DNA from: Raillietiella orientalis
Taxonomy: Eukaryota
Length of the DNA: 64,000 nucleotides
Direction: 5' to 3'
Assembly (NCBI GenBank): GCA_036172245.1
Contig: JAYWIR010000001.1
Span: forward strand, 10,106,001-10,170,000
In this document: in pieces, positions 27,370-39,894 of the stretch
Layout: every line of letters starts with the position of its first letter
How positions within the stretch are numbered: position 1 is the first letter of the stretch
Translations under genes and position numbers: made by a program
The notes under the pieces: model-generated
What the model saw: only the letters and a program-made list of their open reading frames with translations
Databases searched by the model: none
Told to the model about the DNA's origin: nothing

Positions 27370-27995
27370 CAAGTGCAGAAGAACCGTTTGCCTCCTTAGG
27401 GAGAACTCACGGAGCTCTTCAACACTGTCCACATCATCCGACAGTGCGTGTAACTCTTCAACTTTCCGGTGGGAACACTCTAGAAGACTCTGGAGGAATG
27501 ACTCCGTTCCTCTCATGCATGGTAGGGAACCCTCGTCCTGGTACCATCCAAAGGGAACTCCGATGGGAACGTCTTCCTTATGCTCTTTGGAGAGATCCCC
27601 CCTGTTTGTTGGGACCGCTCCTCATTTCGTCTCCGGAGGGGTCTCTGAAGAGAACTCCGAAGCGACGCTTCCTGATTTCTCTGAAGGGCGCTTCCCCGAA
27701 GGGAGCAGCGCGCATCTTGCACTCTGGAGAGGCATCAACCCGCTCCATGGTTCGCGATGTTACGGCTCTATTTTTACAACCGGAAGGGAACATGAAGGGA
27801 ACCGGCTCCTTGTTTCCCGGAAAGGTCCCAGAGGGTCCACTTCCAATCCCATCCAGTCAACGGGGGCATCCGGATTTCACCAGTGCCGCGCCCAAAGCCT
27901 GCAGATCAACCGGTGCCATTGACGACGCACATCCATTTGTCGGCGACGATCCTTCCTTGGGTGGAATTCGAACCCGCAGCCTCTTGGTGCCACGT
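27370..27995 (-). mobile_element. tRNA-headed SINE-like repeat, copy C
   Basis: Reverse-complement head GGTGGAATTCGAACCCGCAGCCTCTTGGTG near 27960 and the shared body and tail. Confidence 0.7.
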
Positions 27996-30900
27996 ATGGG
28001 GCGAGATTTCAAGCCGAAGATTGGGACGCAAACCGAACTGCAGTCGAGCGGTCGAACTGCGGGTTGGCGTCACATGGCCGTGGTACGAGTTTTCTTGCAA
28101 AACACTGAAAGGTCTGTAAACTGCCTCGTTCTATTGAACTTCGGAATGAAAATCGGCGCGAATGCTCAAGTGGCAATGATCGAGTTCCTGGTCATCGAGT
28201 AATTCTTGAAAGTTTTGATCTGAAGAAGGCAATTCACGGATGCAGGGAAAAGGGGATTTCGCAGAGAGTGCCCAGTCTTCCACTGATTTCGAGAACGGGA
28301 TTTGTTTTTTTTTTCCTGCAGGCAACCGGACGCGAGCACGAGTAGCGGCAGTAGCAATCAAAAGCCGCGGGTTTTGCCTTTTACGTAGTTCCCTTTTATT
28401 TTAGGAAGAGGTGGGGAGGAAAATGCTTGCATCCCCGTGAAGAGTGCAGAGATGAAGAAGCGCCATCACCAATCCTCCCCAGAAGAAACCATAGGTCACG
28501 GAATTTTTCGCTTGCACCCTCATCCATTTCGCTCATCCGGCATACTCCGATCCAATGGAAAAATGGATGAGCTCATATTTGAGAGAGTCAAAGCTATCTG
28601 GTGGTTTCCACGATCTTGAAGGCTCTTCGTAACAGAAAACCTGGCTGTGAAGACGGCGAGGCATCCATGACGACCTTTGTGACGAGTGGTACCCTAGACA
28701 CTGTTGAGCTCACCGCAGCAGACTCATTTCGAAGAAACGTCCGCAGGTTCCCGTTGCTAGGAAAGGAGCGTCTTGCTTGCTACCGACCTGAAGGAAGGAA
28801 CAAAACTCTCCAGCTAGCTTCCTCCTAGGGCAGAAACTGGGAGCCAAATTTCATCTGGCTAGCGTGATTGCGCTTCCTCGACTCTCTGGCAAGACGCTCC
28901 GCATCACAATCCCATCACTCATTCTCTTTTTAGAGACGCCATCGTACCTCCTCTGCCAGATCTTCTCCAGCACTCTTCACATAGCGACTGAGTTGAGAAT
29001 GGTTGCGCCAGATTTCTTGGGTGATGAATCGAGGTAGCATTCTTTTCCATGAATGAAGCTTCCCTGACAACCTAATTCCGGTGACTGCTCCTGCTTTCAG
29101 GGAGACCATTCACTATGACCTTTTTTATGGTACCGACCGAAACACTCGAGAGAAATGTATCAAAGTAAATACCAAGCACGTGCGTTGTGCTACACTTCAT
29201 CTGAGACGCTTCTTTGTTTTTATTATTCCGCTTGCTTGCCTTTTCCTTCCCTGGATCAGCAGGGTACCTTCGGTTTTAGCGGAATCCTCTTTTGATTTCT
29301 GATTCTTCCCCTTTCTGGTAACAAAAGGGAAGGTATAAAGGACTGGAAACTCAAAATTCGTGCGGAGAAAAGGGATGCTAAGGGAATCTCGAGAAGTGCA
29401 CCTCCAGCAGCGCCTCGCCACTGCCGAATGCAGACGGGAGTGGGTGAAGTGGAGGAACTGACAGAGCCAATATCGAAGTCAGGAGCTACGGAACTCAATA
29501 AGAAATGTGAAAACACATAGAAACAGGCAAGGCAGACATCAGCCTGTCTTCTGCCTCCAGCTGCGTCAAGAAGCCTCAAATGTGTGCTCCGGAATGGAAG
29601 AGGAGACAAAGGCGATCACACCTTCACGGATCGAATCAGCTCCCACGCTCCCAGGGCAAAGCCCGGCCCTACCCGAGGGTTTCGGTGGCGGAAAGGACTC
29701 CAGACGGCGCGGATTCGGTGTTGGTAACCTTCTTGAGCGTCGCAAGCGGTCTGCGGCTAACCGAGAAACGGAAAAGAACCTCATCGAAACCGTGCATGCG
29801 AGCAAGCGCCAAAGCTCCCTGAAATCCTGGATGCAGCTCCAAGCAATTATTCTTCTCGAGTTCCAGATTTCCAGGGCGGAAGCGCTGATGCACCACGCGA
29901 GCCATGCGGTTTCGTCACGCCCGAGCCACCAAAAGAATGCACCTGAATTATCTGACCCTAATCCAGTCCTCTTTTTTGCAGCGCGCAGTCGTTCAATTAT
30001 CCATCGTTTCCAGCCGGAAAAGGATACACAGACATTAATCTACCATTCCGATGCGCTTGATAGGGCTTGCTTTTCCCCTGCCAACAGAGACAACGTACTC
30101 TTGTTCTTTCGCGGTTCCGTCCACATCAGGGAAGCCCTTGACCTCCTTCGAGGGAGCCGGTGGCCATCTCAGTGCACGGGCTCACCGTTGCGCTAGCAGA
30201 CGCCCGTCAGGATGCCCGCTGTTCTGCGAGGCTCGACGGAACGTCTGGACCGACTGTGACTGGAGATGCGCCCACATGCAGCGATTCCTCGGCCAGATCG
30301 ATGCCGAAAGCATCATGCGATATAAAATTTCGGAATTTTCGCGTGCGGAACGTCCGATGCATCCAAAGTATAGAAGGAGGTGAAATGGAGCCAAGAAACT
30401 GGAAAAAAAAAAAAAGTTCTTGTCAAAGTGATGGTAAGTGCACCCTATAAATTCTGCGTTCCGGTGGCTTGTAACTCAGTTAATAGGAACCGTTCGTATT
30501 CTAAGCCATTCTCGAGTTTTCCTTGCAAGTCGTGAAGTTCCATCAACAGTTTCCAGGTCATCTGTGCAATTTATCGTTCCTTACAGATGTTTCAATGTAT
30601 TTTGCCAGGAGAGGTTTCCTGTCGTTTTGAAAACAATGCTTACATCTATCGGCTGTTTGAGAAACCAAGCGATCGATTTACTCGTGAACTTTTTCCTTTG
30701 ATTAATGATGCACGCGAGTCTCGATCTAGAATTGGATATTAGGGAAGGCAGAAATCTGATTTGGGTCTTGTACATCAAAAAAGAGAGAAAACAATCCCCC
30801 TGTACATCAATATCGTTCGGAAATGGGTCCACAGAGATAAAACGAGGTACCAACTTGGGAACGAATATTTCCCTTTATCTTCTAAGGTTTTCTTAATTGA

Positions 30901-32205
30901 AATTGGGATAGCATCATTTATAACAAAAGATCAAAATATCTCTCATCCTCCTCATTTTCGTATTTTTGAGCGCTTTTCGGTATTGCATTATGCCGAGACG
31001 AATGTCACTTGCTAATAGAAGTAATAAATGGAACTAATATTTGTCAATTTCACGCTTTTCAGAACTTCCCTTTCCCTCCCGGAGTTCGAATGACCACTGC
31101 TCCCACGAGGATATGAACGAGACATTCATGATCAGTTAACCTTTGCAGCCCTAGCAGAAGGTGGTCTAACTTATTATTCAGCTGCGGACTCCTTGCAGTG
31201 TTACCAAGTTGCTACCGTCTTGGGAACCGACGCATTCACTCACTGCAAACAAAGAAGCTCCCATTGTGTGGGCTGCTGTTGGAAACTCGGAGGAAAGGCA
31301 CAAATATCGTTTTGTGCGCTCAAAACCAAAAAAAAAAAAAAAAGGAACAGAAAAGGAATGAGGGAAAGAAAACTTTCTTTTTAATTATCCCTCGGGCAGT
31401 GAACCTTAATCCAGTTCTTTTCTTCATGATCGCCCATCTTTTTTCTCTCAATCGGTTGGCCTCTACCGGGTCAGCGATGTGGGATCTTTCTACTTTCACG
31501 AATCAAGAACATCCATGTTTTCTGCGATGCCTATCTCAGCGGCGGGAGATGACATCGGAATGAGACTCGGAATGATCATCAAAACGACGGCAAGGACCAG
31601 GAATTGCTGCCATTGCAGCCATCACCGGCCTTGCCGGTATGCGGAAGCTCGTGATTCTGAGGGGCAGCTTGGAAACCGTTGGCAGGTGTAGGATTGCATC
31701 CTATACAAGACTTGATCAAGAGGAAAAGTTTCCACCGTTCTTATCGAATTTCGTAATTGAAAACAAAGTTCAGCGAAACGTTAGGTCGGAAACGGAACTC
31801 GCTCATCAGCTGCATGGATTCTGCGAGCACGGAAGCTTCTCGAAGACAGAGGGGAATTCATCCCGTCTGACCACTCGGATTATCGATGAGACGGTGTCGC
31901 ATTCCGCGCCATCGTCTCATCGAGTCATGAGCTTTTGAGGATGAACTCCTTGCCCGTCTTCCGACACACCATTTGTTGCTTGACGAGCTTCTTCGTTTCT
32001 TGTACGGGTACTTTAAAGAGGGAACTCGCATCCTGAAACGAGGATGCTTCGACTCTGCAAAGAGGAAGAGGAAACGAACGTGCGCGTGACTTTCTGGTCG
32101 AAGAAGGCAGCCGAAGAAAGACCCAGGAAAGCATGGCACGAGCTGAGAACCCCAAAACATGGCGACAGCAATGAAAGCCGTTGCATGGGAGACAAAGCTG
32201 CTTAC

Positions 32206-32358
32206 CTAAGACGCCAATGCGGTAATTCAGAGTGATGACAATGATTTCAGCATAGGAGGACAGGACCGTGGCGTCGTACAAGTTGCCCGAGTTCCATGAA
32301 AACGACTCCCCGTGGATGTACACCATCACCGGTAATTTGACGCTGCTCGCTTGGGCTG
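32206..32358 (-). CDS. Neuroligin-like gene, coding exon 2
   Basis: tttcag|CAG...TTAG|gtaag, phase 1 to 1. [45 protein letters not shown] matches the arthropod neuroligin HGESxxWNSGNxYD motif. Confidence 0.95.
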
Positions 32359-35300
32359 CTGAAATTGGAAAACACGAATAGCAGTAGGCATGGTGAACAT
32401 TCCAAACAGGATAAGCGCGAATTTCGCAGAAGAAACCCGTTGTGTCCATGCCCTCGAGATGCACACGGTGCAAGCAAATGCCTCCGAAGCTTTTTCGATT
32501 CCATACCGTGGAAACAGAACAGCAAAAAAAAAAAAAAAACCGGAAGCTTTTCTTTAGAGTCGGGTTCGAAAAAATCCGGGAACCCGTTCTTGGCAGAGAT
32601 TTGGCTGAAACACTGACTTCCCGGAATCTCTCCGTGTCGGCAGTCAACACAACACGGCATTGATAAATGGATCGCTAAAGATTTTTTCTGGAGAAGAAAA
32701 TACTTTTCGAGCTCAGCTCCTCGCTAAGCCCAGAATGGGCTTAGTGATGAGAAATAGAAAAGAAGAAGGAAGAAAAAGATGGAGTGTCCATGGCTTTCAT
32801 GCTGCACTTCGGAATTCCAAAGGAAAGGATGTAACCTAGAAATCATCTGGAACTTGTCTTCTAAAGCAAAGGATTTCAAAGAAAGGGATAGAATTCGCAA
32901 CGATTCGAAAAGTCCAGCTACCTCCACGTGGATTTTCCTGCAGAGACAAATGCTCTGAGTTTTACATCCATACGGAGTGGTTTCGTTCGTGTGAGGTAAT
33001 AAAATCAATCTATTGAGATATCACAACACTAATTACGGGGATCTTCTACCAGATACGTGCTGCCTTGATTTGCCCGTTTACCGCGTGCTACATCCGCCTT
33101 CCAGATCCACATCCACACCACAGTGCATAATTCCAGTTGCAAACAAAGGTGTGTAAAGATGTCTTTGGAAATATGGGGCTCGGGAACCGCTAATTTTAAT
33201 AGTCATTAGGGCTAGCGGGACTTTAGCTGTTCAGCTCATTGGGTTTCCATTCCTGGAGGTAGAACCCGAAAGCCACACGCAGCTCCCAAGAGCTTCACTG
33301 ACCACGAGGAACGTCTCAGGTACGTCTGTGCCGTTGCATCTGTGAAGAACATCGGAATAGAGAATCGTGGATTCTGGTGCTGCTCAAGAGGCAAACTGGT
33401 ACGGAATCCAGGGACTCAACAAAATCCCTTGACGAGTTAAGAAGTGTGAGCTTCGGGATTTGGTGCTCATCGGCACGCACCAAAGGGTGCCAAATGACAT
33501 AAAGATAATATCAGTCTAGAGTAGAAGTTCAAGTGCCACCGAAAGTCTTGAGATTCCACGTTATTGACAATTTATGTCAAGGTAGTCAGCACAATACTGA
33601 TTGCTTGGTTATGTACCACCACAAGAGCCAAAAAGTGAATCGCGGAACCAGGAGCGATTGGAAGAATCGATCTAAAAAGGAAGTCACGGATAGCACGGAG
33701 GCACAAATTCACGATGTGTGTGCGCAAAGAGTGCAACCAGCATGCCGAAACATACAGTAGGCCAGTGACATCCGCGGAGAGCGACCCAAGCCGAGGCAAA
33801 GGCAAGTCCGATGAGGAATTCCGTCGGATTGCCTTCGAAGAAGAAAGGAAGATGTTGAGGGAAGAAAAAAAAGAGGATATCCTGATAAAATATCGAATCC
33901 AAGGAGATCTCAGGTTAGCATCATGTCGAAGGCTGCGACTAGCTCCCTACTCCTGAGGAAGCAAGAACTCGGAAACAGTGCGTTCGGCGGAATGACACAG
34001 CAAAGAACCTCCATTGTACTCCGACCACAGTGGAAAAGGGTATTCAAGACAGAAATCGGGATCCTGGGAAGAAGCGATGAGCTGGAGTGATCTCCACGAT
34101 GGCCACGCGGGCGTTTCATCCAAGCGTTCCATCTCGCACAGAGTCGCACGAGAGGGTGCTCAACACTTCCGCGCGGGAGACGGGAAGGAAACTGAAAGAT
34201 GCAGGGCGAAAGAAACGTCAAAACTGCCGGGCAAATCTGACACTTCGAGTTTAAACAGCACTGCGTGCCTTGACTCAGACGAGCGGCTCCATTTGAGTTA
34301 CTCCTAGCAGGTCAACATGAGAGCCACTTTCTTCTGAAAGCTCACCTTCATGGGAACAGTGAAGCTGACCGAGGCACCACACAAACTCCTGCATGTTTCC
34401 AAGTGCATTGGAGTGCTAGAAGAATTGTGACCCGCTTTTCCAAAAGCAAGCGAGGAGTTAGTTAGTAGGAACAATAAAGGAAGGGTTACAAACAAACATC
34501 TCGATTAAAGATCGAGTTAATTTATTGATAAGTTACTCATCCATTAATGATCTAAGGGGATCCCAGTTTGGCATCCAGGCGATGGCAATTCTGTCGACAG
34601 TTCTGACTTTTTTGAACCCAGAAGATGGAGAAAAACACACCTAGGCCATCCCCTTGGGTTTACAGTGGCATTTCAACAGATCAGCGTTGCCTCTTCCATG
34701 CATCAACAGGTCAAATTCCCCATCTCCGCATTGCGAAGTTCTTCGTCGGACTTTCTTTCGTTTCCACTTGGTGAACTCGTCCCTGTCTGCTGCACATCCT
34801 CATGCATGATGAGGCGCTCTGCGCACCCGCAGCGCGCAAAACCGCTCCTTCGAAAAGGCTGGCGGAACAGCCTTCTCGCTGGAGCCACCGAACTCTGGAA
34901 AAGTCTGCGCTGAAGCCCTGAAGTGCTTCGCCCACGGAGAGGCAACTCGAGTGCTATCCCCGAAAGATGAGCGAGACGGCAGACTCCGCCCTTTCCGTGG
35001 TCGTCGCTCTCGATGCCAGCTACCTTCTCGGCGCCCTGCCACCCATTCAGGACGCTCCAAGAGAAACGTGGTCGTCGTTGACAACTCCTGCTTCGGGATC
35101 TCGAGCTCGTGCGCCACCTCCTGTTGACTTAGTGCACGCGCTCCAGCGGGAATGATAGCGAGAAGGGAAGCCACTCCGAAAATAGCAATCAAGTTCGAGG
35201 TTTTGGAGCACGTGGAATTCTTCAAGGGATTCCTTTGGACTTCCTGAAGACTTTCGACGAGGCATGTGGAGTTTGAGAAGGGCCTGCCTTGCGCCGAAGG

Positions 35301-36039
35301 GTGCCTCCTAGGATTCTGATTTTCATGAATCTGCATGAACGCGAGATAGCGGGTGTTTCTCCGCCAAGGCGTGTCACGGAAACGAGGAAACACCGCACAG
35401 AATTCCCCTGTGGGGGGTGAAGATGCCCAATCGCGGATGCAAAGGGCAGGTTCAGTTAAGATGCACAGGAAATCCACAATCGGAGCCAAAAAAAAAAAAA
35501 TGAAACGGAAGGCGATCCACTTCTTACACCGACCTCCGTACATCGGGTGATAACGCCGAACGAGCGAAGCGTGTCGTTTGCCTCACATGATGGCCACGGC
35601 TCCGGATTTGCGGAAGCACAAGAGATCAGAGCCTCATGGCCCCTGGAATGAGAGTTCCGGTCGCCGTCCTTCCGACGGATCAAGCGGATCCATTCTGATG
35701 CGCCAAGCTGCTCCGGACCCGACGTCGAAGACGGACGATGCACTGATGCCAGGAACCATGGGGTTTCGCGCGATCAGAAGAGACGGTGCACGTCGTGGTG
35801 TTCCATCCGCCCTCATCCTTGCCTTTCTCGCATGCGCAAGCGTCACGCCGCTCGCTCCGGCTCTCGAAGGAGCGAGCATCTGGATCTCGTGTCAGCTTTC
35901 TCTCCGAGCTTCAGCTTCGCTGTAACCGGATCAGGGATGATGTTAGTGCCCCTGAGGTAGGAGGAACACATGGGGTAGCCCGTTTGTTCTTGTTCCGGAT
36001 CGCCTAACCATGTAGCGAGCAGTCGCTGTCAACTTAGAG

Positions 36040-36410
36040 CTGTTTGGCACTGTCCGTGCCACCCGATGGTGAGTGTGGCTCTTCAGGTTACAGGGAGATC
36101 ACTCCATGAATCCAGGAAGGTTCCAGAGGAAGAATTCCTTTCCTCCCTTACTCTTGTGGGGAACCCCGAAAGGAACCGTCCACCCTTGTTGCCTCCGAAA
36201 GAAACCTCGAAGGAAACCTTATTCTCTTCAAAGGGGATCCCCTGGAAGGGATCCCCTCCTGAATTTCTTCTCTGGGAGGAACCCGCAAGAGCTCCTCCTT
36301 TCCTCCTCTGAAGAGAACCCTGAAGCTATGCTCCCTAAATTGCCTAAAGGGACGCTCCTTCCATGAAGGAGTGATCCCCATTTCTCAGGAGGGCTTTCCA
36401 CTTCTTCAGA
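36040..36410 (-). mobile_element. SINE-like repeat, copy D (partial, no head)
   Basis: CATGAATCCAGGAAGGTTCCAGAG and flanking body match the reverse complement of copies A and B. Confidence 0.65.
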
Positions 36411-36419
36411 TATCCCCGC

Positions 36420-37680
36420 GCACATGCAGAATGCCGCGACGTCCTCCTTTTTGCCTCGTTGCGCAGTTTCGTTTCTGTTCTTTCGGGTGGATTCATGAAG
36501 TGGAACTGAGATCGCAGGCGCGCATCCCGAATTCCTTACGCTGCTTTCTTGGATGCAGAGTTCTTGGTTAGCAGAAAGGTAACCACCGGTTTCGGAAAAG
36601 CACATGTAGCCTGCCGGTTCCAGTTGCCACCAGCGGAGTGCTGCACTGACGTTGAAAAGAGTTCGTGAGAGGGGTAAACGGTGGGGTAGTAGAACGTGCA
36701 AGAGGTGGCCAAGTTATCGCCGCTTACGCCCCCCAGCACCTGCCGCAGCACGGACTGAGCGGTGCCTGCTGCCGGCCGCCGCTTCCATCTCATCATCATC
36801 TCATTTTCCTTTCAAAGCCCTCGGAGGACGAGGGCTTTGAAAAATGGAGGTCATCCGTGTGCAAGGCGAAAGCTGCCCACTGACGCAACCGCATCGCGAT
36901 GACTCCATTGCCATTTCCAGAAAGCAGTCATCGGATGTCCGTCTGCTTCCAGACCTCTGGAACCATAAGGCTCACCACCTCTTGCAAGGTCAGCACGCCT
37001 CAAGGTCGCGTCTCAAAAAGGAAGGACGACACGACCAGCGGCAGCGACGACCAAGTGCACTGGAGATCGCGAAGAGTGAGCTTTCCCGAAAGAACGGCCC
37101 AAAGGAAGACGCCCTCCTCCTTGTTCCCCAGAAACAGCTCCACGGCACTCTTCCCAGTGGAAGTTGTTAGTATTCCGTGGAATAATGGGGACTTTGTCCG
37201 TGTGTTCTCTGAATCTGCGAGTGACTCTTCGAGATGGAGCTGACCCTGTTCGGTCACCCTCTTGGGTTGAGGGCAGCCACCGTGCGGACACAAGCAAGGC
37301 GTTTCCGGGACGCAGGGGAGGGGGGAGGGAGGAAGTTTGAATGAGACCATGCTCCAAGCCGCAAGGAGTAACCATCAGCGATCGCGACAGGCTATTTTTA
37401 GATAGGCTTTCTAGGCTTAGGCTTTTCTCCTCACGGTCCTCAGCCGGCGCGTACCGTGCGAGGGACGCTCCAGTTGCAAAGAGGGTGGCATCCGGAAAGC
37501 CATCCCGGAGCCGCTTGCTGGCGACGCTCTCCGCGGTACGCCTGCGCGGATCACCTTGTCGCTGCACGCAGCGAGTCTGCGCCGCCTTCGCCCGCGCAGA
37601 GCCGACGCCTCCCTCGGACGCCGGCGCTTGCCTGCTGTCCTTCGCGGAGGCGAGGACCGAGGTCAAGCCTCACGATCCCG
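36420..37680 (-). mobile_element. 5'-truncated decayed copy of the L1/Tx1-like family
   Basis: QAPASEGGVG (L1-type PxxxGGLG) near 37610 and GTAQSVLRQVLGGVSGDNLATSC near 36740, homologous to GTAADLLRRFFTQGGLxAGAVIATRC in other copies. Confidence 0.5.
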
Positions 37681-37684
37681 GGTC

Positions 37685-37972
37685 GATATTTCGTTCTTTT
37701 ATTAATTTATCAACTTCCTGTTTCAGCTGATCTTGGTTTAAGTTTTTATCTATAAGCTTAAATTCCAGCACTACAGGAATATATTCTTTAATACCTTGAG
37801 GGGAAGGACCAATACCTTGAATTACCATATCAGCACGACCACCCGCTCCTACTTGAAATTCAGTCTTTGCAGAAGTCTCCTGTAGCTTTAAGCCACAGTA
37901 ACTACTAAATAAACCATTAAGAACAGCTCGTAATCTTGCTTCATTAGTAATCAAATCTTTAATAGGGTAAAT
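37685..37972 (-). pseudogene. cifB: Bacterial-derived fragment resembling the PD-(D/E)XK nuclease domain of Wolbachia/Rickettsiales CifB (CinB/CidB family)
   Basis: Stop-free frame IYPIKDLITNEARLRAVLNGLFSSYCGLKLQETSAKTEFQVGAGGRADMVIQGIGPSPQGIKEYIPVVLEFKLIDKNLNQDQLKQEVDKL with D...ExK. Sharp composition shift: 17/60 GC at 37741-37800 versus 46/60 at 37561-37620. Family recognised from memory of the EFQxGxGxRxD...KEYxPxxLExK pattern. Confidence 0.75.
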
Positions 37973-38087
37973 CGCATCTGCGGTCGGCAGCGGTCCTGAC
38001 CGTGCTTGTTTCCGCCTCCTCGCCTGCTCTCAGCCGCGTGCGTCCCACCCTTTCCCCCCCGAGGCGACCCCCGGAGGGAGGCCTTAC

Positions 38088-38541
38088 CTTTTACGGGCAC
38101 GTAGATGTTCATGTATAGACAGTCCTCGCTCTCGTCCCTGAGGAACTGAAGGAAGCGCCTCCAGGCGGGATCCTGGCTGTCGTCGAACATCTGAGGGCAC
38201 ACTGGAGCGAAGCGATCAGCGATCCGGATCCCAGTCCAGGATACGGGGCCTCTGGGTGGCATGAATCTTAGAAGTTTGACCGGGGGGGAGGCGTAGGGGA
38301 CACCGCGGAAGACTTCGATGGGGTCCAGGTTCCTGTTGTCCGGCTGCACCACTATCCCACGGAGGGCACCGTACTTGGTGATGACGGTCCTGGAGCTCAG
38401 GTACGAGTTGGCGGCTTCGGTAGCGCCCGCCGGAGCGCCCTGCAGGGGAGCCGGGAGCAGGAGAGCCAGGCGCAGCGCCACGAAGGCTGCGGCGCGAGGC
38501 AGCGCCTTGCGGGCGGGAGCACCATGGGGGCAGCAAGACAT
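38088..38541 (-). CDS. Neuroligin-like gene, coding exon 1 (signal peptide plus N-terminal esterase fold)
   Basis: ATG at 38541; hydrophobic AAAFVALRLALLLPA; SSRTVITKYGALRG...FRGVPYASPPV..LRFMPP...FAPVCPQ...ESEDCLYMNIYVP; donor AAAG|gtaag, phase 1. Confidence 0.95.
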
Positions 38542-39850
38542 GTCCGAACCGGAAGGAAGAGGAAGGGGGGGAGGGGCAGGGAATTTGGCTGCCGAAGAGT
38601 CCAGAAGGGGGGCGGAGGAGGAGGGTCGTGCCTCGCGGTCACATCTCTTTCGCAGGAGGTGATGTGCACTGGGAGAGGAAGAGCGGTGGAGGAAGGGGGA
38701 GGGCGAACGCAGGGCACGTAGGTAGCGGAGAGAGAGAGAAGGCAGAGAGACTCCCGCAGGGGAACCAGCGGATCGACGACGGCAGCGACGACGACGGCGG
38801 GCAGCGGCGGCCGAGAAGACGAGAAGAGGAGGAGGAAGGAGGTCCTGCCGCGGCTATCGTGCGTCTGGCTGGCTCCCTGGAGCAGGCACAAGTAGGGCGC
38901 GACACGGGCGGTGGCGTCACAGACGGGATCCGCAAGAGAACAGGGCGGCCATGTCCGCGGCCCAGCGCGCACCCGTAATCACTGGCAAATGACAGCAGGG
39001 TGGAGGACGCAAAGATTCCGGTTGTAAAGTAAAAATAAAGAGACACCGCAAAAATCCCTTCCTCTGGCTGCAGTCCAAGCTCCCGCCTCGCGGTGGCACA
39101 CTTAAAAAGGGAGCCGGGTGCATGCGAGGCGGATGGAAAGAGGACCTGGCTGGGATCTCCTCCCCCTCCCCCCAGCTGCCCCGTGGCTGCGAAATTTCCG
39201 TCTGCATGGAGCGGATTCCCTGCCCGCCCCGGGAAGGGGAGAGGGAGGGCGAGGAAGCGGGAAGGGGAAAGAGGAGGCGGGAGAAAAATTGTGTAGGACG
39301 GAGAGGGCGCGCGGGGAGGGGGAGGAAAAAGGGGGAGGGGGAAATTCCCGGAGAACCGGGAAGGCAGGCGCCGCGGGATTTCTCCGAGCATCAGTTGACG
39401 CGAAGCAAATTGATTTCCATTCGGGACGTCTTTCGCTCCCACCGCAGGGCCGGAGCGAGTATCGTCGTCGGAGCAACGCCCCATCTTGGCGAAAGGTTCC
39501 ATGGCGAGAGGCGACTGGTTCCTTCCCTTGCCAAGAATTCCCTGGCGCTGGAAGAACAGCCGAACTGGAGCCTCCACGACCTCCACGGCTCTCTGGCGAG
39601 TCGCTCGTGGAGTTCTGAACGGTTCGGTTGGCGCTCACCTTCGCGGTCTCCAGGCAGCGAAGGACGGACGGACGGATACACCAATAGGCGCTATAGAGTG
39701 GCGAGGGTATGGGGTGGGGAAAGAGGGGCGAAGGCTTTTGGGAAAGGAAACGATGCCGCTCAACCACCATTGTGATTTCCCGCCATCGGAAGAGCGCGCA
39801 GCAACCAGGAAGGATCCTCTTCAACCCTTTGCTCGCCCTTCTCCCGATTC
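38542..39850 (-). promoter_or_regulatory. GC/CpG-rich, G-tract-rich region upstream of the neuroligin start (probable 5' UTR/promoter)
   Basis: Position and composition only; no TSS can be placed. Confidence 0.35.
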
Positions 39851-39894
39851 AAGAGGTTGGAAGTCACTTTCAGGGAGGATTCAGCTTTCTACCT

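Noticed and set aside
27288-28202. Long ORFs over SINE copies (304 aa here, 283 aa at 45513..46364)
   Set aside because: Frames are not conserved between copies and no domain is recognisable.
33930-34230. Alternative neuroligin micro-exons after acceptor-like tracts near 33953 and 34195 (minus)
   Set aside because: Both reach a stop within about 11 codons in the required phase and lack a good donor.
37670-38541. Neuroligin exon 1 to cifB fusion protein by intron read-through
   Set aside because: The read-through frame stops at 37951 and is out of frame with the cifB-like frame; a canonical GTAAG donor lies at 38087.
38639-39824. Long ORFs (217-315 aa) upstream of neuroligin
   Set aside because: Pro/Gly/Arg-rich products from GC-rich low-complexity DNA, open in several frames, with no domain motifs.
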